Shown here: in pieces, positions 57,822 to 64,000 of the stretch
Layout: each line of letters opens with the position of its first letter
How positions within the stretch are numbered: position 1 is the first letter of the stretch
DNA from: a virus
Reading direction: 5' to 3' (one strand)
Virus record (IMG/VR): IMGVR_UViG_3300035665_000023
Span: 9,018 to 73,017 of that record
DNA length: 64,000 nucleotides
The notes under the pieces: generated by a model
Told to the model about the DNA's origin: nothing
The model's database searches: none
Seen by the model: only the letters and a program-made list of their open reading frames with translations
Program-made: the position numbers and the translations under genes

Positions 57822-59068
57822 AATTCGTTTCCATTCAAAGATATTCCGCTTATTCGCTGTTCGCGACTGCGATAATCATAGTCGAAAACGCCAAATTTAC
57901 CACTTTCCCCTCGCGGCATATCTCTTCCGAGGCTAGTCGGGCTAGAGCGATCTTGGTCGTTCCGAATAGCCAGAGCAATCAATTCTAAAAATCGCTTCTC
58001 GTGGACGTGCTCTCTTTCTTCGTAATTATGCTCTGCCGCAGCTAAACACGCTTCGAGAATAACCTGACTTAGCATTTCACCCCCAATTGGATATGGATTC
58101 GATTCGTCGATGTCAACTGGACGAAGAATCATTGGTACTCGCAAGGTGTAAGCCGCATCTGGGGCTGGATAAAACGCTAATGATTTGCGACTCCCAACAG
58201 TTGGGTCAAACCTTTCTGTCCTGATAGTGTAGAAAACAGGCCTGTTAAACTCAGGGTGGTCGGCTTCAAGTTTCCTGATTGTTGAGTTGTGCCTTTGCCG
58301 AACAGATGGATACCATTGGTCTGGACCTGGATAAAACGCTAAATCGCTGTCGTTTGCCACCGTGTCAAAGGCCGCATCCATTGGAATTTCTGGTCGAGCG
58401 AGCTTGTACGACGAAGCGCTAGCAACGGCAACGGAAGTGTCGTCAAGAGTTATTTGAGAGTTACTTTGGCGACTTGCTACTGAATAATACTTGTTGTTTA
58501 CCGTAAAAACGCCACTTGCAGCCCAAGCCGGGAACGTCCCTCCAGCCAGCGTTACAACCCCAGCGGCAATCGTCACCGTCCCAGTAGCGTACGGAGCCGT
58601 TGTGACCACATCAGCTAGCGGCCTAAAAAAAGACCATTCGTGGGCCGAGTAAACGCGATAAAGACCGTCGTGAATGCAATATTTTATCCTAGTCAACTGA
58701 TCTGCAGAAAATGAATCCCCAGACTCAGCACCGAACAGATAATGACCAACTCGCTCTACCAGACTTGAATAGCTAGTCGGCCCAGCTGCAGCGCTTGTGC
58801 GAGCCGCAAAGTCAATTTCGAAATGATAGGTTGCACCTTCGTAAACAAACTCAACATACCCAGTGTATGCAACATTGATCACATCAGTGAACTCGTACTG
58901 ATATGTACCCGTTGCAACCTGTGTCATTGCAGTGTTGTTGGCGACAACGACCGCATTTGTGTCGTTTCGTTTCACACCAAACGTATTTGTCGGGTCTGAC
59001 AAAGTTGCCGAGGTGACGTTTGTAGGGACGCCCTCAACCCTAAATGTTTTCCGTATTATTCTTGCCAT
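57818..59068 (-). CDS. Head-tail adaptor-like protein
   Basis: EWSFFR...ATGTVT insert...LAFYPAPDAAYTL pattern. Confidence 0.6.
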   Translation of the reverse strand: MARIIRKTFRVEGVPTNVTSATLSDPTNTFGVKRNDTNAVVVANNTAMTQVATGTYQYEFTDVINVAYTGYVEFVYEGATYHFEIDFAARTSAAAGPTSYSSLVERVGHYLFGAESGDSFSADQLTRIKYCIHDGLYRVYSAHEWSFFRPLADVVTTAPYATGTVTIAAGVVTLAGGTFPAWAASGVFTVNNKYYSVASRQSNSQITLDDTSVAVASASSYKLARPEIPMDAAFDTVANDSDLAFYPGPDQWYPSVRQRHNSTIRKLEADHPEFNRPVFYTIRTERFDPTVGSRKSLAFYPAPDAAYTLRVPMILRPVDIDESNPYPIGGEMLSQVILEACLAAAEHNYEEREHVHEKRFLELIALAIRNDQDRSSPTSLGRDMPRGESGKFGVFDYDYRSREQRISGISLNGNEL

Positions 59069-59070
59069 AA

Positions 59071-59391
59071 TCAGTCAATAGTTATGCTATTGTCCTCTAC
59101 GGAAATGTTTTTTATACCTGTCGCTGCCGCTTCGTCTCTTGGGTAAAACGTCGCCGTGCTCAACGTGAGGTCGTACACCTCATTGGCGAACCCACCCGTC
59201 GCACCAACAAACGCATTGAGCCGATACGCACCGGCAGCAATGTCGGTAAATGCCACGCTGTAGCGGTTCTTGTCGTTTGTCTTCTCGCTTGCCGATGCGG
59301 TAGCGACGACCGTATCGCTGCCCAAGGCGAACAGTTTGCACGAAAGCGTCAATCCAGTACCGGCAGAAAACTCAAGCGTCTGCGTTGCCAT
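59071..59391 (-). CDS. Hypothetical virion protein
   Basis: ORF track; operon context. Confidence 0.6.
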   Translation of the reverse strand: MATQTLEFSAGTGLTLSCKLFALGSDTVVATASASEKTNDKNRYSVAFTDIAAGAYRLNAFVGATGGFANEVYDLTLSTATFYPRDEAAATGIKNISVEDNSITID

Positions 59392-59532
59392 CCGTTTCGT
59401 CCTTCAATGCTTGGATCTTCGCTGCCAACGGCAACAGCACACTTGCGGCTTGGAGTCCACCGTTCTTAACGGCCAAGTCTAAGCATGCCATCAGTTGCTG
59501 CTGTTCTTCTTTGGTGATTTCGAGGTTCATGA

Positions 59533-59859
59533 TTACTCCGGTAAAACGTCAGGAATCTGCAACTGGGCTACGAGTGCCGCTTGTTGCTCTGGACTTAAAG
59601 AATCAAACATCTGCAACGCCGACTTCTTCTTGAAATCGATGAGTTGCTTGTAGTAGCTATCGCAAGCCGACCGTATTACCGAATCAAGATAGCTCTGTGC
59701 CGTGAACAGTTCCTTGAGCGGCTTCTTGTCCGCTTCGGGCAGACTCGCATTACTTGCGGTGATCTGTTCGTTCTCGGTGACGATGGGCTTGTTCGCTTCA
59801 AGGCAAGCGAAGCCTACGCCCCATTGTTGTTCTTGTGTTAACTGTGTTAGGTCGATCAT
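59533..59859 (-). CDS. Hypothetical protein
   Basis: ORF track; operon context. Confidence 0.6.
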   Translation of the reverse strand: MIDLTQLTQEQQWGVGFACLEANKPIVTENEQITASNASLPEADKKPLKELFTAQSYLDSVIRSACDSYYKQLIDFKKKSALQMFDSLSPEQQAALVAQLQIPDVLPE

Positions 59860-59903
59860 GGTTTGGGTTCCTATGTATGTATATACACGAAATTAGTTAA
59901 TGT

Positions 59904-60122
59904 TTATTTAATTTGGCTGGCTGTGGTAGTCGCTAATGATTGCTTAATTTCTGGCAAATAGAAAGCCTCGGCATCGACTACACTATTAAACCATCGCCAG
60001 CCATCGACAGGGTAGGTGTATGTATCTTTTTGGTCGCGGAACAACTGGTATTCGTTGCATCGCACGAAATTAGGTGCGTGGTGTATTGTTCCGCTTTCCA
60101 GCTTATAAAAACCGTCGCTCAT
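59904..60122 (-). CDS. Small tail-associated protein
   Basis: MSDGFYK...HAPNFV...YPVDGWRWF; coupled to the LRR gene. Confidence 0.6.
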   Translation of the reverse strand: MSDGFYKLESGTIHHAPNFVRCNEYQLFRDQKDTYTYPVDGWRWFNSVVDAEAFYLPEIKQSLATTTASQIK

Positions 60123-62167
60123 GTTGTCACGGTCCATCCTTTGTTGGTCGCTATTGTTTCGTCATCGGTTGCTGTTCCTGGATTTCCTGTGACCGTGATA
60201 GTTCGATTATTCTGAATTGCAGCAACGCCGCCAGAAACATATGTGCCGGTTGCCGCGTTGGTCACAGTAAATGTTCCGTTCGTCGTGTTCACCGTCGCAA
60301 CCGTTGCGTTTGTCAGGTTATAAGCAACTGGACTAACGCCCGTGATAGTCACCGTCCTGCCTGCGACGAATGCCGTGATGTCGTCCACGGTATAAGTAAC
60401 CGTCGTTCCGTTGCCAGTAACATTGGTCACGTTCGGATTTAGCTTATCGAGTGCCGTGTACATTTCGTTTAGCTCTGCGGCGCTCATATTGCAGCCGTTA
60501 AACGACTGTGTCCACCGCATTCCTGTTAGCTTTGCTTTTCCGAGAGTTACAGATCCAGACAATGTCATATTGTTATTGTTTACCGAGGAGATTGCGGATA
60601 GCGTTAGTTCTGGTATTGTGCGTAACGATGAACAGCTTGAAAACATGCTAGCCATGGTTGTCACCGCAGCCGTATTAAACAGCGGGACACTCTGGAGCGA
60701 TGAGCAGGTGTTAAACATGCTATTCATGGCTGTCACCGCAGCCGTGTTAAACAGCGGGACGCTTTGAAGCGATGTGCAGTCGTTAAACATGCTAGCCATG
60801 GTCGTTACCGCAGCCGTGTTAAACAGCGGGACGCTCTGGAGCGATGCGCAGCCGTTAAACATGCTAGCCATGGTCGTTACCGCAGCCGTGTTAAACAGCG
60901 GGACACTCTGGAGCGATGAGCAGCCGTTAAACATGCTAGTCATGGCTGTCACCGCTGCCGTGTTAAACAGCGGGACACTCTGGAGCGATGAGCAGGTGTT
61001 AAACATGCTAGTCATGGCTGTCACCGCAGCCGTGTTAAATAGCGGGACGCTTTGAAGCGATGTGCAGTCGTTAAACATGCTAGTCATGGTCGTTACCGCA
61101 GCCGTGTTAAACAGCGGGACGCTCTGGAGCGATGCGCAGCCGTTAAACATGCTAGCCATGGTCGTTACCGCAGCCGTGTTAAACAGCGGGACGCTCTGGA
61201 GCGATGCGCAGCCGTTAAACATGCTAGCCATGGTCGTTACCGCAGCCGTGTTAAACAGCGGGACGCTCTGGAGCGATGCGCAGCCGTTAAACATGCTAGC
61301 CATGGTCGTTACCGCAGCCGTGTTAAACAGCGGGACGCTCTGGAGCGATGCGCAGTCGTTAAACATGCTATCCATGGTCGTTACCGCAGCCGTGTTAAAC
61401 GCCGGTACGCTCTGGAGCGATGTGCAGCCGTTAAACATGCTAGCCATGGTCGTTACCGCAGCCGTGTTAAACAGCGGGACACTCTGGAGCGATGAGCAGC
61501 CGTTAAACATGCTAGCCATGGTCGTTACCGCAGCCGTGTTAAACAGCGGGACACTCTGTAATTCACGACAACCGTTAAACATATTCGCCATTGTTGTCGT
61601 ATTGTGCGAGACGATAGTTGCCTGCTCTAAAAACGTTAGTAAGCACGTTTGCGTACCGGCGCTATTAACTCCACCTAATCTCAGCGTCGTAGCATTTGGT
61701 GCAGATACTGCGACATCTAGCCATGTCACAACCGTACTCGTCGATGACCTCGCCGAATGTCGGTAATTAAGTCCGACCTCGGAAAACGTAGCACCCGCAG
61801 TGGTTGGCGTTACCGTGACGATTGCCTGCCGATATCCGCGAGAGCAATCTGTCGATGAGCTTAAATTAGAGTATGTGTAGTTGTATTCCGCAGTCGTGTT
61901 CGTCGTGTATGTTTGCGGTGCTGTTCCATCACCCCAATCTACGGTGTATGTGCCCGTGGAAACTTGACATCGCAAAGCGACGTAGTTAGACGCTTGATCG
62001 AAGACAGCTATCAACCCAACAAATTTTTGTTCTGCTGCACCTGGAATAGTCAACGCTAACCAATCCGATGGACGAACCCACTGTGCAGGCTGAACTGGAT
62101 TGTTCGTCTTGTTTGGCTTGCCACCGCGTAGCGATATACTGCTCTGATTGGCACGGTACAGGGACAT
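60119..62167 (-). CDS. BspA/DUF285-type leucine-rich repeat protein (putative receptor-binding protein)
   Basis: 13 x LQSVPLFNTAAVTTMASMFNGCxS; PKD-like VDWGDG motif. Confidence 0.85.
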   Translation of the reverse strand: MSLYRANQSSISLRGGKPNKTNNPVQPAQWVRPSDWLALTIPGAAEQKFVGLIAVFDQASNYVALRCQVSTGTYTVDWGDGTAPQTYTTNTTAEYNYTYSNLSSSTDCSRGYRQAIVTVTPTTAGATFSEVGLNYRHSARSSTSTVVTWLDVAVSAPNATTLRLGGVNSAGTQTCLLTFLEQATIVSHNTTTMANMFNGCRELQSVPLFNTAAVTTMASMFNGCSSLQSVPLFNTAAVTTMASMFNGCTSLQSVPAFNTAAVTTMDSMFNDCASLQSVPLFNTAAVTTMASMFNGCASLQSVPLFNTAAVTTMASMFNGCASLQSVPLFNTAAVTTMASMFNGCASLQSVPLFNTAAVTTMTSMFNDCTSLQSVPLFNTAAVTAMTSMFNTCSSLQSVPLFNTAAVTAMTSMFNGCSSLQSVPLFNTAAVTTMASMFNGCASLQSVPLFNTAAVTTMASMFNDCTSLQSVPLFNTAAVTAMNSMFNTCSSLQSVPLFNTAAVTTMASMFSSCSSLRTIPELTLSAISSVNNNNMTLSGSVTLGKAKLTGMRWTQSFNGCNMSAAELNEMYTALDKLNPNVTNVTGNGTTVTYTVDDITAFVAGRTVTITGVSPVAYNLTNATVATVNTTNGTFTVTNAATGTYVSGGVAAIQNNRTITVTGNPGTATDDETIATNKGWTVTT
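60626..61561. repeat. 72-bp tandem repeat, 13 near-identical copies
   Basis: Directly visible; encodes the 24-aa LRR unit. Confidence 0.95.
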
Positions 62168-62493
62168 TACGTAATCTCCGTTCCGTAAGCGGAAAACGCA
62201 AACGAGGTATTACTCGCTTGCACCGTAATGACATCCGTCGCTGCCAAAGTGATGCCAAGAGTGAACATCATCGAATCGTTGGCGTTTACGGCAACATCGA
62301 AAGCGATGTAATGCTGATTCGCAATTGCGGCTCCAGCAGGACGAATGGCTATCCGAAATGTTCCAGAGGTTCCGAGGTTGGCAACGGAAATCGTCGATAC
62401 AACCGTCGATGTTGACGCTGGAACCGTATAAAGGGTCGTGTCAGTCGTCGCGGCTGGATTCGATTGTCCGAGTACTTTGTATGCTGATGGCAT
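62167..62493 (-). CDS. Small virion protein
   Basis: YKVLGQSNPAATTDTTLYTVP...FSAYGTEIT. Confidence 0.7.
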   Translation of the reverse strand: MPSAYKVLGQSNPAATTDTTLYTVPASTSTVVSTISVANLGTSGTFRIAIRPAGAAIANQHYIAFDVAVNANDSMMFTLGITLAATDVITVQASNTSFAFSAYGTEIT

Positions 62494-62497
62494 GTTG

Positions 62498-63322
62498 CTA
62501 GCCTCCCATCAAAAGGAAGGGATCAATTACAGTTGCAGAGCTTCCTGTGCTTGCAGGAGTTTGCCAGGTAACTGTGCCTGATCCGTTGGTTGTTAAAACT
62601 TGTCCGTTAGTTCCAGTCGTTGTAGGCAGTGTATTGCCTGTTATTGTGACTGCGCCACTGCTTGCAATCGTCAACCTCGTCACCCCATCCGTCTGCAACT
62701 CCAGTGCCCTAGCACTGCCAGTCCCCGCTTTCTCTGTGCCGATGCGGTATGCCGTGCCAGTGGTGTTGTACTCCAAGAACATGCGTTCGTAGTTCGAGGA
62801 GTTGGTAAACGTTCCATAAAGGTTGAAACGCTGTGCATTTCCGGCATTTCTCTGGGCGAGGGTGTTGGCGGCGTCGTTGATTAGCCAAGCTCCGTTAGAC
62901 ATACCGCCACCAGCAGCGATTCCGATTCCCAATCCAGATATTGGATCAATTTCAACGCGAGGAACTTCGTTTGCACCTAACCTCAACGAATGCGAGTAAG
63001 CAGTATAAACAATACTTTGAGCGGATACGTTTTCTGATGCAATATATGGACTACCGTAAAGCCGTAAGTAAGGCGTTCTGACCCAACCATCTTTAGTGAC
63101 ACGGAACCTGCTAACTCCTCCAGTTTGCAAGTCCATAAGCAGCGAATTTGCATTACTCGCCGTGTCGGTGACATTCACCTTGATGAGCGTTGGCGTTCCA
63201 GTGGTGTTCCAGGTTTGCGAAATATCTAAGGCAGATGTAGCAGATGAGCCGGTGAGGGATGCGGGGGTAAATGATACATTACCGCTAGTTAATAGATTAT
63301 GCAAACCATAGTCGATAGCCAT
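62498..63322 (-). CDS. Tail fibre-like beta-rich protein
   Basis: GTNGQVLTTNGSGTVTW motif; Thr/Gly-rich. Confidence 0.65.
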   Translation of the reverse strand: MAIDYGLHNLLTSGNVSFTPASLTGSSATSALDISQTWNTTGTPTLIKVNVTDTASNANSLLMDLQTGGVSRFRVTKDGWVRTPYLRLYGSPYIASENVSAQSIVYTAYSHSLRLGANEVPRVEIDPISGLGIGIAAGGGMSNGAWLINDAANTLAQRNAGNAQRFNLYGTFTNSSNYERMFLEYNTTGTAYRIGTEKAGTGSARALELQTDGVTRLTIASSGAVTITGNTLPTTTGTNGQVLTTNGSGTVTWQTPASTGSSATVIDPFLLMGG

Positions 63323-63325
63323 AAA

Positions 63326-63664
63326 TTACTCCGCTGGCGGTACGATATTGACCGAGCCGTCTTCGTTGTATGTAAAATTGCCCACCACGGACACGCCGCG
63401 TTCTATTGCGTCTGGATTTATTGTTGCCAATAATGCCCCTAGCTTTGCGTGAAGCTCGAACATTTCTCGCGCATTGGTTCCGAGTTCTGCCGCTATTTGC
63501 TCGGGCGTTGCTCCATCGCGACCAAGCCAAAAAGACTCTGCGCCCTCGTTGAACGAATTCGTCATTTGAGCGTATAATTGTCGCGTATTATTTATTAATC
63601 TTCTGGCTATTCTTTTTGCCGGTTCTGGTTGTGGAGCATCAAAATTTCCGTCTAAAATTCCCAT
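63326..63664 (-). CDS. Hypothetical protein
   Basis: GGAG RBS before MGILDG. Confidence 0.6.
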   Translation of the reverse strand: MGILDGNFDAPQPEPAKRIARRLINNTRQLYAQMTNSFNEGAESFWLGRDGATPEQIAAELGTNAREMFELHAKLGALLATINPDAIERGVSVVGNFTYNEDGSVNIVPPAE

Positions 63665-63665
63665 G

Positions 63666-64000
63666 TTAATTTCTCCAAATCTCAAGATTGGAATATTTTT
63701 CCGTTAACGACGGCCCCAGTATTTTACTGCTATTATGCGGCACTGGTTCTACAGCAGGTTTGATTCGGTGTAAATTTGGTATTCTGTGAACTCCTTCGTC
63801 GTCTTCCTGAGTGTATTGTTGTACGTTATCAAAGCAGTGATTGTAGTAGGGTAGTTCTAGATAATCATACACGTTTTTTAGTGTTTGCTGTGGATGTGCG
63901 GTTAAGTCGTCAAACTCTACAAACAATAACTTGTTTTTGTAACCGCGCGATATTGCGTCCTTTACTCTATTATACGCTAAACCTACGGGCTGTTCCGCGC
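63666..64000 (-). CDS. Sulfotransferase-family protein, C-terminal part (runs off the window edge)
   Basis: LLFVEFDDLTAHPQQTLKNVYDYLEL motif; frame open to the window end. Confidence 0.7.
   Translation of the reverse strand, partial: AEQPVGLAYNRVKDAISRGYKNKLLFVEFDDLTAHPQQTLKNVYDYLELPYYNHCFDNVQQYTQEDDEGVHRIPNLHRIKPAVEPVPHNSSKILGPSLTEKYSNLEIWRN

Noticed and set aside
60626-61561. 72-bp repeats as a CRISPR array or DGR template/variable repeats
   Set aside because: Contiguous in-frame coding repeats with no unique spacers, and no reverse transcriptase in the window

Overview
64 kb of a temperate tailed phage. The likely host is a Planctomycete, inferred from the phage csrA, SHD1-like domains and integrase type. 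The attP appears intact, so the phage is probably unintegrated. Left to right: partial portal, large terminase, serine resolvase and small late genes (1-6.8 kb); a rightward early operon (7.3-11 kb); a leftward recombination/replication operon (11-21 kb); a regulatory region; a gene-cassette array (22.9-26.5 kb); attP (tRNA-Val-GAC 3' half) with a tyrosine integrase; then leftward virion genes (4707-aa polyvalent protein, Erv1/GT/PRT/HAD fusion, tail proteins, LRR repeat protein, partial sulfotransferase). Two systems stand out. (1) A compact CRISPR locus inside the replication operon: a nuclease-dead, C-terminally truncated Cas12f-like protein, an upstream tracrRNA-like element that may also form a natural single guide, an unknown 143-aa partner gene and an 11-repeat array, with no cas1/cas2 in the window. 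(2) Nine small phage genes bounded by eight integron-type attC hairpins plus terminal remnant/attI-like sites, with genes antisense to the canonical cassette orientation and no IntI in the window. All homology calls are by eye from motifs; no searches were run.
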